From contig CT868674.1 of assembly GCA_000165425.1 (NCBI GenBank), positions 124,001-188,000 of the forward strand: a DNA stretch of 64,000 nt. Reading direction: 5' to 3'. The notes below the pieces were generated by a model, which saw only the letters and a program-made list of their open reading frames with translations, was not told where the DNA came from and did no database searches. The position numbers and the translations under genes are program-made. The DNA comes from Paramecium tetraurelia. Lineage: Eukaryota. This document shows positions 14,603 to 31,412 of this stretch, one piece after another (within the stretch, counting starts at the first letter, position 1; each line of letters opens with the position of its first letter).

Positions 14603-15424
14603 ATGGGAAATATGAATGTCTGTTGCAATGCAAGAGAGGATCTTCCTCATGAGCATCCTTAGAATAAATTAAAGCACAAATAAGATACTGAAGAAAGCGA
14701 GTATGAACCTAATACTGAAGCATACAGAAAAACAATTTAAAGTGTTATCATTTAAAAACCTTCACTCACTTTTGGAGAATAGATGATATAGGATATAATT
14801 GACTTAACTGATGAAAATAAAGTCCCACTAAACAGTGAAAATGGGTGGAATTGTTTAATAGATTAAGCATCTGTTAAATTGTATGCCTTTGAATGGAAAA
14901 AAGCTGAAAAATCAATGTAAAATTAAGGTTGTATTTTAGTTAGAGTTATTGTTTTAAGAGCGCAGTTCCAATTAAATTGTACCATTTAATAATATCTAAA
15001 TGTCAGTATAGATGATATGAAATTGATTGATAAAAAAATAGAAGAATTCAATATAGTGGAAGAAAATACAGAGCATAATGAATCAATTAGGTATCTTGCT
15101 CATAAGGGTATTGGAGTATTGAAAAGTAGGGATTTTTTATATCTGAAATCTCAGCAAAAAATATCAGAATAATTGTATATAGAAGCTGCAAAGTCTATTG
15201 AAGATTAAACTGGGTACATTGAGAAAAAAAGAACAAGAGGATCCATTAATTTGGCTGGATAAATTGTGGAATAAATTAACTTGTCAACCATTTTGATCAA
15301 GTAATTCTTAGATGTTGATCTCAAAACCAATGTTTAATTAGCTAATCTGAAAAATCCTATATTAAAAGAATTCGTAAAATATCATGAGTCATTATAAAAT
15401 CATGTCAATTTTTAATAATAATGA
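14603..15424 (+). CDS. START-domain lipid-binding protein with probable N-terminal acylation
   Basis: MGNMNVCC N-terminus. GWNCLID, VLKSRDFLYL, EAAKSIED and RTRGSINLAG are START-like motifs. One short intron. Confidence 0.7.
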
Positions 15425-15701
15425 TAATCTATCATTCAAATGCATTATGAAATTTTACCAGATTCTTTAGTTATATCATTTAAATTACAAATCTTAAATA
15501 GGATTTTTCTATCATTAAGTTTTCATTTTTATGACAACATTCAAAAATGTATAAAATTAATTTCATTTTAATAACTGAATCATTAAATAATGACTTTATT
15601 ACATAACAGTGTAAGTTAGTACATATATAGAAAATGATTATTATCAAATATACCCTTTGCAAAAAGATCTCAACAATATATTTAATAAAATTGATATATA
15701 T

Positions 15702-18004
15702 TCATTTGGATTAAGTTTTAGCATAATTGTCTTTCAAATCCTGCTATTCTTATTTACTATTTTTGAAAAGCTATAATAATAATTAAGTATCTAATTTATT
15801 TTGGATTCTACGATAATATGATATATAATTTACTCTCTGTTCTATGATAAATCAGAATCAGGCTTTATGAACAGTTCAATATTTTTGAGTCTAGATTTGA
15901 GATATTTTTGAATTGGAGATTAAGGCAATAACATCATTAATCCTTATAATGATTAAATAAGAAAAGGGTGATTAGCAGATTCTAATAATTACAGTCTTAA
16001 ATATGCGAAGACTGGCGATTCTAATAACAGGGTTAATCTGGCTATCTATACCAAGATTTCAACATTGGTTTCTTGTTCTGCAATTGTTAAGATGATATTG
16101 TAAGTGAGCTCATACTCTTCAATTAAGAGAGACAATGATAGTGCACTTACTTCATTATAACAAAATGTTTTATAAATGCTGATGAAGAATTCATAAGTTG
16201 ATTTAGCAGTTTTTTGGTTCTTTTCGTATTTATAATTTTTAAGCTTCATTCTTATATTTTATAGGCGAGGTTCTGTAATTAGCAGATATTCTAATGATTG
16301 AACTAGTTATTATGTAAAGGCTAGATCTAGATTGTCATCTCCAACATAGACATAGTTTTCTAACAGTTTATTGCAAATTTGAGTGTAGACGACTTCAGCA
16401 TTCCAGAATTCACAAAGTTTCTTAATAATAATTTAACTCATTCTATTCAATAAGTTAACATTTTTATGGAATATGTCCAGTATCTTCTCTATGACCATAT
16501 CAAAATATTGTTCATGAGATATACGAGCCAAAACATCCATAACGTTCTCTACAACCTGAGCTTCAGCATCTTTAAGTCTTTCAATTAACTAATTTATTTA
16601 ATGAGTATTTTTACATTTTCTAGAATATTTTCAATCATTGGCTTCAACTTCTCTGTTTGAGTGTTCAACAGATGTCTCATCCACATTAATGCTTTTTCTG
16701 CAGTATGATTGTTCTTTTCTTTAAGCATATCTTAAATGGTTGGCATGATGTCTACAAATTCTTTGCCTGAAGCTTTCATTTTGTCCATAATTTGCAACAA
16801 CAAATCATTTATTTGTTAGGCTTAATTCACAATCTAAAGTGAATCAAGTGATAATAAGGAGAGTATTATTTTTAAAATATTATTTAATTTTTCCATAATA
16901 ACAGATTAAAGCACTGAATCTCTTCTCTGTTCAAAGATATTTGACATTAAGTCAATTCCTTTAATAATTTATCCTCCACTTAATTCCAATGGATTGAATT
17001 GAACCGATGGCTGATCTAATTCATTACTAACTATTTTCAAGTACTCCATAATCCAATTTAAAACTTAAGACAATACATGAGCATCACTTTATTTATTTTA
17101 ACATAATCCTAATAAGATGTGAATGATTTATCTATGAGTTTTCATTTCTTAAGTTTGATTAAAAGATGATCTTTTTGAATATCTCTCCAAATCCCTTTAG
17201 AATTCTTCTAGTTATTTTCTGGCAGCAACTTTGGCTTCATTAGTAAATGGATCCTTATTGTTTGTGTCTGCAAGCATTAGAAAGAGTTCAATCAAAAAGC
17301 CATCAATATAATCAAATAATTCAATATGTGGAATGGAATTCAAAGTGTTAATCCATGAAATCAGATTCAATTTCACTTATTGATTTTTGAAAACTATCTA
17401 CTGACTAATTGTTTTAACAAATGATTAAATCTTAAAATTCTATTTCTCAGGAGCTGTGCTTGTTACCAAACTCTTTAAACAATTATCTAATTGGGATGCT
17501 GCCTTTCTGACAGATTCATCCGGATCCAGAAAACTTTGAACTAAGTAACTGTAGATATCCTCCAATTTATTCAAGACGTAATCCCCAAGTTGTTTAGATG
17601 TCAGAAACAAATATTCAATTGCCGTATATCTGACTCTCTCTTCCTTGTCTCTCATACAATCAACCATTGGATCAATAATGTAATTCAAGCAGTTCTTGAT
17701 GATGGTTTCCTACTTTTTTAATATTGAGGGAGCAATACTTTTTTTGAAATATCTATAGCAATTGAGTATAATCCGTGTAGTCCTCCTTTTTTATATTGAA
17801 ATTATTGTTGCGAGATATATCTATCCTTTAAATGCTTAGCTATTTCTATGATAGTTTTCTCTGTTGCATTCTAGATTACTTTTATCAATTCAGCTCCTCC
17901 CTATTCTCTTTTCTCTTATGATCTAATATGATTTCAATTGTGGAGTACTTATCGAACAAATTCTTAGTTACTGGTTCTGGCAAATTGATATTCTTCTCAT
18001 CCAT
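15702..18004 (-). CDS. VAC14: Vac14 scaffold of the PIKfyve/Fab1 complex
   Basis: KKGGLHGLYSIAI, IIDPMVDCMRDKEERVRYTAIEYLF, DPDESVRKAASQLDNCLK, and C-terminal ARLTLLLESPVFAYLRL...LMMLLPQS. Confidence 0.85.
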
Positions 18005-18034
18005 TTTAATTTAATATAAATTATTTATTTACAT

Positions 18035-18337
18035 ATGGGTTAGGAGAAATTAGCCGCATTGTTGCTCTATAGATAATTGTTCAAATCCTTAGGAAATCCA
18101 CTATCAAGAGATCAACTCAGAAAATATTACAAATACACAGTTCAAGCAAGAGTACACGGGGGGGAGAATCAATAAATTTTGAAGAATTTGGAAATTTATT
18201 TGAAAGCCATCAAAACTCAAAATTTAATCATGGATGCTGAAAACATTGGCAAACCTAAAGATTACAAAGCAGATATATAGAAGGTGGCTAATTATGTTGG
18301 ATTAAGAATGCCTGAAGCCCATTAAAAATAAGAGTGA
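18035..18337 (+). CDS. LYR-motif mitochondrial protein, FMC1-like (ATP synthase assembly factor)
   Basis: Intronless 100-aa ORF with LLLYRQLFKSL near the N-terminus and KVANYVGLRMP near the C-terminus. Confidence 0.6.
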
Positions 18338-18370
18338 TTTATATAAAATCTATATAATTTTAATTCCATG

Positions 18371-20227
18371 TCATTTTTAAGGTGGCTGACTAGAGAATCT
18401 GAATTTGCATCCAGTCGCTCTCTCCCGACAACCTAACACTGATCTATTGATCTTAATTTATTTTAGTTATAATCCATCAAATAGTTAAATACTCTCATCT
18501 AAATCTGTGTAGGAATCATTGTCCTTAACTGAATAGTCATCCTAATCCTACAATTACGAATTCTTCTGCAGTCTATATAATTGTTCATACTCGTATCTTT
18601 TAATTAACTTATAAACCCTATAATTGTGCAAACAACATTGAGATGCCGTCTAATTTAACATATTCCTGCAGAACAATTTGACTTCTGACTATTACAAAAG
18701 CATAGCAACAATTTCAAAATGTCCATTTGAACAAGCCAGATGCAAAGGAGTTTGGCGTTTCTTGCCCCCTTTAAGATTTAAATCAAATTTCGATTATTTC
18801 TTACTGTTGTGTTGGATTACTGCTGAAATAGCATCTGTGTTCCCCTTCTTAACAGCAATGTGTAAAGGACTCCATCCATCTTAATTAAGAGCATTTGTAT
18901 TAATATTCTTCTTAAGCAATGCCAAGAATGCCTATTTGTAAATTGTGACATCTTTATCAAAGCAGGCCATACAATAATGCAAGGCTGTATTACCCTTCTC
19001 ATCCATCTGATTAGGATCTGCACCCTAGGTTAAGATGTCAAGAATCAAGTGGATTTGACCTTTCACTATTGCCAGATTCAAAATTGATCCATATTTGGCT
19101 GCATTTGTATTTACTGAAGCTCCATTAAATATTAATGCTTTGGCACTAAAATACTTCTCTTCTTGAATTGCCAATCCCAAGGCTGTGTTCTGTCTTTGAT
19201 CTTAGCAATCTACAATCTCAGGATAATAGGACATCAATGATATCAAAGCACCAATGTCTTACTCGACTGCTGCCTTGTGTAAGATAGTAGTAGAGTATTC
19301 TTTGTCTCCTCCTTAAGGGTTAGGAAGGATGTTTAACTAAAGATTTGAAAATTACATAAGAAAGTCTTAAAAGTTCATTCCAATAGAGGAGCTATACTCT
19401 TCATCACTAAACTTGATATCAATAATACTGATACATTAATTTAAGAAGGATCTTCTACGTCTTTTATTTGCTTTTCCTCTAATAATGAAAACAATCTCTC
19501 TATGTATGGTCTATTCACAATGGGGTCTATCGGAGGGTTGAGGTATTTGAACCAATCCAAACCGAGTTCATTTAGTTTCTTTAGATTTTAGAGTTCGATT
19601 GGAATGTATTAGAATTCATTTGATTAAATGAAGAGAGATCTTAAATTTGTTAGGGTTATTAATGGATAAAGTTTTTAAATTCTGTTTTTACTCAATTCCA
19701 ATATTTCTAGATGAGTTGACCAATGAGATAAATTTCTTGGTAGGATCACAACTAAATTGTTGCTAATAGAAAAATTGATGATAGAGGGGAAGTTGTCAAA
19801 TAAATCTTCAGGTAAAACTTTAATGAAATTTGAATTTAGATTGATGATTTAGGCTTTTTTCATTTCATATAATTCTTTTGGAAACACCCTGAACCTATTA
19901 TCCTATATAGTAGTCGATTAATACTTGGAGGTCAACCATTTAAATATTTGCAAAATCACATTTAATCTTTGGAAACAGATCGATATTCTATTTTGCTAAG
20001 TTTAACAAGTAAGTGTTAAAGGATATCTTCTTCGAATTTCTTCCAGAATTGATTTCTTTTGATTAATATCTATTGTATTAAACAGTTTCTGTTTATGCCA
20101 CTTGCTTCGAATATTCTCTGTTTGGAGAATGGTTGTTGCTTACAAACAGTTTGGTTTTGAAGAAATTGGTTTTAGAGCTATTGTATTTGTTGGACTATTC
20201 GATAAGAGTGACAATGTTTGAATCCAT
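18371..20227 (-). CDS. Leucine-rich repeat plus ankyrin repeat protein
   Basis: LRRs (INLNSNFIKVLP, FSISNNLVVILP, LELSKNRIQKL, LFIQSNEFQYIP), followed by ankyrin repeats (KGNTALHYCMA, DGWSPLHIAVKKG, RQTPLHLACSNG). Confidence 0.85.
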
Positions 20228-20256
20228 ATTAGTTAAATATATAATATAAAATTATA

Positions 20257-22397
20257 TCAGGCATAGTTCATCCTTGTATTTCGGTTAATTCTCCCATCAA
20301 TTACCTATTCGATATAACTCAATCAATTACCACATATTTTCTGTGTCGCTGTAGTTAGTGACAGGGAATTTTGACACAACATCTCTTTGAATAGGGAATA
20401 TCTGATCAACAGTCAACACAAAGGCATCATCAACCATCCTTGGTATCAACATCTACAACAAAGGGCTGGATTCTTCAAGACAAGGATTAGTATTGACTTC
20501 TATTAAATAAATATTGAAGAGTTCATCCAAAAAGAAATCAAAACCAAAAATCTCCATACAAAATTTCCGATTTAACTTATTGATTTTTGTAGCCACAGTT
20601 CTCATTGCAAAGTATGCCATCTCCTTCATCTTCTCGACTATCTTTCCTCTAAAATCTATTTTGGATTTGAAATAGTCTGAAACTTAATCAAATGATAATT
20701 AATTTCCTAATTCTTGTTGCCCATATTTGTCACTGTGTTATTAGATAGCATTATTTGTCAGATGAATGTAAATGTTCTCCACATCATTCGTTCGGTATTC
20801 TTCCGATGCCATTCTTATGTAGCCTTCTCTAATGAAATAAGTAAAACACTTTATACTTAAAAAAATAGCAACTCAGATCAGTATTTAGAAACACCCAAAC
20901 TCTTATATCAAATTTCCTGTTTTTTATTAATAAAGGTTTCTCAATATATTTCTGAACAACGAATGAAGATGTTTTCAATAAATATTAAACAACCTTTTAT
21001 TAAGTTTATCCATTCTCATCTTTATATGTTTCTAGTTACTTCTCATGATAACCATATTAATAATCAATAAGTAGATCAATAAGATTGTCAATATCTTAAA
21101 ACACATGAATCCCCCTTCCCCTATTTAATCCAGTAGGTTTCAATAACCATAAATAATCTGGACCAGTAAAAGTGTCTCTCATTTGAAATTCCAACTATTT
21201 TTTCTCTTTGCTCGGTGCTATTCTCAATTTTTTCTTGATTTCATTAAGTTTGTTTTATGCGTCTTACTTATTTAATTATTTAGCTTCTGGAGCATTTTTG
21301 TTATAAAAATTATAAAAAGCAGATATATTGCATTCAACTGATGAATCTGTAAAATCTATAGCAAATGTGACAGGCGTAATATCAAAAGGGTTCAATTTAA
21401 GTATCTAAATAATAAGAATTATTCTACTTCACAAGCAGCTGATACATTCACTAATAAATTCTTTTTATTACTAATTTCTGGATGAAATTCAAAATGATTA
21501 AGTAATTCTTTATGAGATTTATGCCAATTCAATTTGAAATACTTGTATCCATGATTTGATTGTTACCATCTAAAATTGGCTCTGGCAATATTAGTAGTCT
21601 AATGCCAATCTGATCTGTAATCGAAAACCCGTTTAATTAATTCACTGTTGTTTCCTCCACCTAAAAAGTAAGAATAAATGGTTGGTTGTGGTTATTAATT
21701 AGCATCAATAGGAATTGGAGATTAGAGTTTTGCTATGGATAAGGTATGTCGAATATATTTTTAAAGTTTGATTGGAGGAGAAGGTTGCTCAGCAAATGAT
21801 TTATCTTATTCTTTTTATCTCTAGGTATCTTTGGAGAATATTTTGTTTTTTTATTTTAAAATCTTTTCACTCGTTTTGTTGTTCTCTTTATTTTGTTGTT
21901 CCTTTTCTCTTTCTTATTCTTTAATGATTTCAAGCTCTCTAAGTTTGTCCCGACTCTTTGAACGGATTGGATTGAATTTATTTTTATCTAACTTCATTTA
22001 TGGAGTTTTCAGAGCTGGTAAACTATCTGATGTTTGTGGTTGAGGCACTTGGATTTTGATTGCGGATTTGGCTTCTCTCTTCTTCCCCTTTTTGATTTCA
22101 TTTTATATAAATTAATCAGCTAAAACTTTGGCTAATTCTTGAGGACTTTTAAAATTGGGTAATTTGGCCAAGGAACTTGTGAAAAAGTTACTAAAGGCCT
22201 TGCTCTCCAGACTTTCCTTAACTCTTTGCAGCATTTCCCAATTTTCTGATTGTATTGTTTTACTTTCTAAAAGATATACTTATGTGTAATGTACTTTAAG
22301 CAAAGTTTAAATCTACCTGGGAGACATTTCTATTCGATCTCAAATTAACCAAGCTTGGCAATTGATTTGCATTATTGTTTTGTTGTTCTTCGCTCAT
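20257..22397 (-). CDS. Tubulin-tyrosine-ligase-like (TTLL) enzyme, probably glycylase-type (TTLL3/8/10-like)
   Basis: [81 protein letters not shown]. Confidence 0.9.
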
Positions 22398-22473
22398 GAT
22401 ATTTATTAATAAATAATTAGTTTATTGTTTTGGATAAAAACAAGGATTATCGTTACGATAAATAATAAATATT

Positions 22474-24269
<1,796 letters not shown>

Positions 24270-24329
24270 TTATAAAATTAATATTCTTCATTAACTAATG
24301 ATTAATTGCAAGTATTATTTAATAATTAA

Positions 24330-26059
<1,730 letters not shown>

Positions 26060-26115
26060 AATAGATATAATCAACCAAATCTTATTTTAATAATTTGTAA
26101 TATTCAATTGAGTTA

Positions 26116-28004
26116 TCATTACTTCTAAATCATCTATTATTCTAGTAATCGATATTTTACTGATTTCTTTTCATCATTTGATTAAAAACTATGGAAGTGA
26201 CTTGGGGAAGATAGTAGTGAATAGGTCATTTCATTTTTCATTTGTAATTATTCAAGATACTATAATCTTTACATTACTCTTCTTTTTTCACTAAGAAATC
26301 GTTTCTGTCTTTATTCTTATTGCTCACTTATTTCAACATAACCTTTCTTCAACTATACTCTGTTTCTTCCATCTTTGAATCTCACTTAAACTTCTGTTTT
26401 CTATTGATTTGAAGGATTGCTGATAATAAACATCCCATTATAAGCTAAAGGTCTTCTTTCTGTTGTGACATCAGACACAAATCCTTCATCACTGTGCATT
26501 TTCTTGACAATGGAATTTGACTCTGAAGGATCACCAAAAGAAGACTATTATTGCAATTTTTATAATTCTTCTTTCATTTTTCTATTCTCTTGAATAATCT
26601 TTTCTACTTCATCGTTACTCAATTAACCCTCTCTTAATCTCTCATTTTCTTCTTGCATTTTCATCAACTTGAAGTGTAAATCATTCTAATTTAACCCACT
26701 TCTCTTCATATTTAATAGCGATTTCAAATAATCAATCTAAATTATACCAAAATTAAATTTACTTCCTTTACTAATTTGTTAACTAAGACTTAATCATTCG
26801 CATTAAATTTATTTGGTTAAACTTGAATAGTCACATTCTTTGCTCTCTATGCAAATTTAAGACTACTGACAGTTTCATCAATATTATAAATGTTTGGTGC
26901 AATATTGACAATGATGTGAGTCATGGTGTTTCCACCTAAACTATCTTGCAATAACCTTGTTAATTTGGATTCTCTATATGGAATAGGTAACTTCTGTTTG
27001 TTTTTATTGTTTTATGATAAATTTTATATTACTTTACCCAATGTCGTTAAAGATTAATTGATATTCTTTAATTCAATAAAATGAGCATTAGTAAGAGCTT
27101 CTAATTTGTTTATTTTTTCTGAGCCTGCCAAATCACATAGATTTAACTTCGATTTAAATAGAACTCCATTTCTATCAACCTTGTTGGTCTCAATAATCAG
27201 TTGAAATATAGTGTGACTTCTACTGGATTTTAAATTCATGGTAGTTTATCGAATAATTCTATTTCTCTCTCCTCTTTTCATCAGAGTTAAACAATCATGA
27301 TAATTATTGACAGCGTATTCTGTTAAATTCTCTAAAAGTTAATAGATCTATATACTAAAATTTAAGCTTACCCACATATATTCCATCCAATTTGCTTTCG
27401 TGCAAATTCAAAGGCATTGGTAACTTATGATCTTACAGTAAATCGTAGATCTTCTCATTATAGATTTATAGAAATGAACAATAAATATAAAAATTAGGTG
27501 GCATGTTGTTGAATAATCCGAAAATAACTCTAGGAATAATTCCAGCAAATGAGAAGTCATTTTTTAAATCATCACAGTAGGTTGCTTAATGGCTCAATCC
27601 AAAATTCATTTGCGACTCCCAATCGCTACCAAACATAGTATAGGTTTTTCCTTGATTTAGTGAAACATGTTACCACTGCCAGTTTAACCGTACGCCAAAA
27701 TGGTTCCATTGAATCCATCAAATGCTTACTTGATGCAATCATTCAAATTATTATAAATCTCCACTTAAAGAGATGCCTCATCAAATACCCTATCAAATTC
27801 CTATTTAAATATTTGAGTGGACTATTCGATCACAACAAACTTTTTCTAATTAAAAATAGGATTGTTAACTTTTACATTTTCAGTTTTGATGATTGTCTCC
27901 TAACCTTACTCCTTCTTCAACAATGGTCGAATTCTAATCGATACTTTTATGGGCAATTTTCTGTCTTCTTGAATTTACTTTGTTTTTTATTTCTATAAGT
28001 ACAT
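26116..28004 (-). CDS. Kinesin motor protein (N-terminal motor plus coiled coil)
   Basis: VSIRIRP, P-loop YGQTGSGKTYTM (split by an intron), [37 protein letters not shown]. Confidence 0.95.
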
Positions 28005-28404
28005 TGTTTTAATAACTATATAATAAATATTATTATTGTAATTTAATCACTTTCCCTTATAATTGCAATTCACAATAGAGCCTAAAAACCAGATAAAATT
28101 ATTAAGAGATGCAAATCAAAACAAGAATTTCCTTAAATAATTAAAAAGACGTTCTAGTTATGAATTTCTTATTATTATTATATTTTTAAATATCAAATTT
28201 AATTTTATAGAAGATTGAATTTCTAAATTAAGAGATTATTCTTTTTAAAAATGACTTTCTTTATTCTACTAAATCTTTTCATGTCTAAATGACAAGGTCA
28301 AACTCTTCAGAATTAATTTTAAAAGAAAATAAAAAACAGTCTCTATTTTTACAAGAATATAGTGTTTTAAAACCAATAAATTTTAATATTAAAGTTAAGG
28401 TATC

Positions 28405-29847
28405 ATGATTAAGGACACAAACTTGTCAACAAGGTCAATATTTTTTGATGACCAAGACGTTTAATGGCAATCTAAATAATCCCAAGAACTTAACATTACA
28501 TTAAGAGGGCTATTTCACATTTATAAGGAAGCGAAGAGCCATTACAAACTGTCAGAACTCTCCTTTAGCCCACCTTATATCATAAGATAGTCTAAAAAAT
28601 AAGTTTACAATTATTTTACACAAGGGTTCCAAGGCTCTAGATATTACTAATGCAGTTATTGAGAAAGTGAAAAACAACATAGTTGGCGAAGGAATACTAC
28701 TTTAGAGAAATAAACTAAGGTTTTACATGTATGGTCAAGTGGAGAGATGGATGGAAGCATTTTCGGAGCTCTGCATATAGATCAATTTTCATGAGGACTT
28801 TTTTTTATATCGATTAATTTCGAATAGTCTATAGTCGAAGGTATCAAATCTTGATATGGCAGGTTTATTTTGCTGAATATCGGAGCACCAAAATTGATTA
28901 TGCAATCAAAGTATTTGAAAAGAATAAATTTGACTCAGTAATTGGACCCAAGGCTTTGAAACAAGAAATAGAGATTTTGAGACTCATCAAAAATGAATAT
29001 TTCACCAGGTTATTAAATATATACGAAGGAAATGAAGCAGTTTATTTGGTATTCGAGCAGTAAAAGGGAGGTGATCTTTAGAGATTTATAAAAGATAACG
29101 ATAATATTCTTACAGAAAAAACAGCATTTCAAGCTATCAAATAATTACTATTGGGAATAAGTGAAATGCACGCTCTCAATTACATGCATCGAGATTTAAA
29201 GCCAGAGAATATACTGTTAAAAAACAAGGATTCTTTGGAATGCCTAATTATCAGTGATTTGGGTTTAGCAGAAAAAGTCAATAATGAGAAAAAACAATTG
29301 TTCACTGTCTGCGGAACTCCTGGATATGTTGCTCCAGAAGTTCTAAAGAAAGAACCATATGATTAGAAAGTTGATATATATGGTATAGGACTCATTCTAT
29401 ACATCTTACTAACAGGATGCAATCCCTTCTAGTCATTGATAAAAGATGAAACCTTTGAATTAAACATGATAGGAAATGTGAACGTAGATAAAGTAAATTG
29501 TTCAGAACTGGGCAAAGATTTACTGAGACACATGTTATAGGTTTCCCCCAATCAAAGACCAACTGCACAACAAGCCCTTAGACATCAATATTTTAGAAAC
29601 TAATCCACAAAAGATTCGTTTCCTAAGTAAAGTATTGTTATAACCAAAACTAAACTTGATTCTATTCATAGTTAACAAATCTCTCCAATAGCATAAAATC
29701 TCAATTTTGATAAATATAAAGCTCCTCCAAGTAATTATAATTTAATATAAAGTTAAATAATAATACTAAAGATAAGCCACTCCAAAAATAGATATTCACT
29801 AATATAACTATACAAACTAGATGAATAAATTTAGAAAAGTATCATGA
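28405..29847 (+). CDS. Ser/Thr protein kinase (CaMK-like)
   Basis: YAIKVFEK, YMHRDLKPENILL, ISDLGLA, VCGTPGYVAPE, KVDIYGIG. The 3' end is approximate. Confidence 0.85.
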
Positions 29848-30004
29848 AGAATAGGATGATTATTTATTATATAATTACACTTTATAGATATATTTTGATT
29901 CAAATTAAATATACAAGGTTTATATTTAGATGAATTTTCATTACAAATAAGTTTCTGAATTTTACAAAGATTAAAAATATATAAAGATATTAATAATTTT
30001 AATT

Positions 30005-31371
30005 ATGTTAAAATTGCACTATTTAAGAGGATATGCATTTTCAGCTAGGTAAGTTCATTCTTAAATTGCAATTATCGGAGGAGGGACAGCTGGATTAAAC
30101 GTAGCGGCCTAATTGATAGCCGATGGACATGCGATTCCATAGTAAATTAGAATATTTGAACCTATGAAAATGCACACATATTAACCAGGATGGACAATGG
30201 TTGGTATGCTATAAATATTAAAAAAAAGGCGGCGGTTTGTATGACATCAACAAAACTCTCAAGCCGATGGAAAAGGTTTTACCAAAAAATGTGATTGTTT
30301 CGGATAGTCCTGTTATCAAGATAAATCCTGAGGAAAATTAAATACAGACATTTGATGGAGAGAATTATACATATGATTAATTAGTAGTGGCAACAGGCAT
30401 AAGGACAGATTTTGATTAGATTAAAGGTATAACAAAAGCATAGTCATTTTAGGAGCTAGATAATATTTAGAAGAACCCAATTCACCAGTGGCATCAATCT
30501 ATCACTATAAATACGCTTCTAAAATGAATAGATTAGTTGATGAATTTGAAGGTGGCAAACTAGTCTTTACTGAACCATAGATGCCAATAAAGTGTGGTGG
30601 AGCACCATAAAAGATAGTCTATTTGTCTCATGATAGACTTAGAAAAAGAGGAATTAAATCTGATATTCATTTCTATAAAAACTCTGCTTTAATTTTTGGT
30701 GTACCAAAGTATGCTGAAATATTGACAGATGTGTGCTAGAGAAAATAAATTAATTGTCATTTCAAACAAAAGTTGGTTGAAGTCTAAGATCATGTAGCTA
30801 TTTTCGAAGATTAAGACACCAAAGAATTAAAATCTGTAACATTTGATCTCTTACATTTAGTACCACCTCAAGTATAGATTTTAATATATTATAGGTTCCA
30901 GCTAAATTTATAGCTGCCAGTGGATTAGGTGATGCTGCTGGATTTTGTAATGTACATCCAAATACCCTATAGCATGTGAAATATAGAAATATTTGGTCTT
31001 TGGGAGATTGCTCATCTTTGCCTACTTCTAAGACTGCTGCGGCTGTTATGGCTTAGACACCCATCTTAGTCAAGAATTTAATTAGAACTTGGAAGTAGGG
31101 ATTGGAACCTATTCCTGAGTATCAAGGTAATGGTTGGGTTAACTTGTTAGGTTACACTTCTTGTCCTATTTTTACAAGTCAAAGTACTTTGTTGTTGGCT
31201 GAATTCAAATACAATTCTGAGTTAGATGAGACATTCCCAATATTTCAGTCTAATGAAAGTCGATTGATGTTTTATTTAAAAAAGGATTTCTTCCCATTTG
31301 CCTATTGGTATTTCATGGTTAAAGGACTATGGGGAGGAAGGGATGGATTTAGGTTTTTTAAAGGAGCTTGA
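30005..31371 (+). CDS. SQOR: Mitochondrial sulfide:quinone oxidoreductase
   Basis: IAIIGGGTAG, YQPGWTMVGGG, PIKCGGAPQK, WSLGDCSSLPTSKTAAAV, GYTSCP, LAEFKY. Both catalytic cysteines are present. Four tiny introns and a presequence-like N-terminus. Confidence 0.93.
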
Positions 31372-31412
31372 ATGTGAAATTTAATCTAATTATTAATTTA
31401 CAATATTATCAA

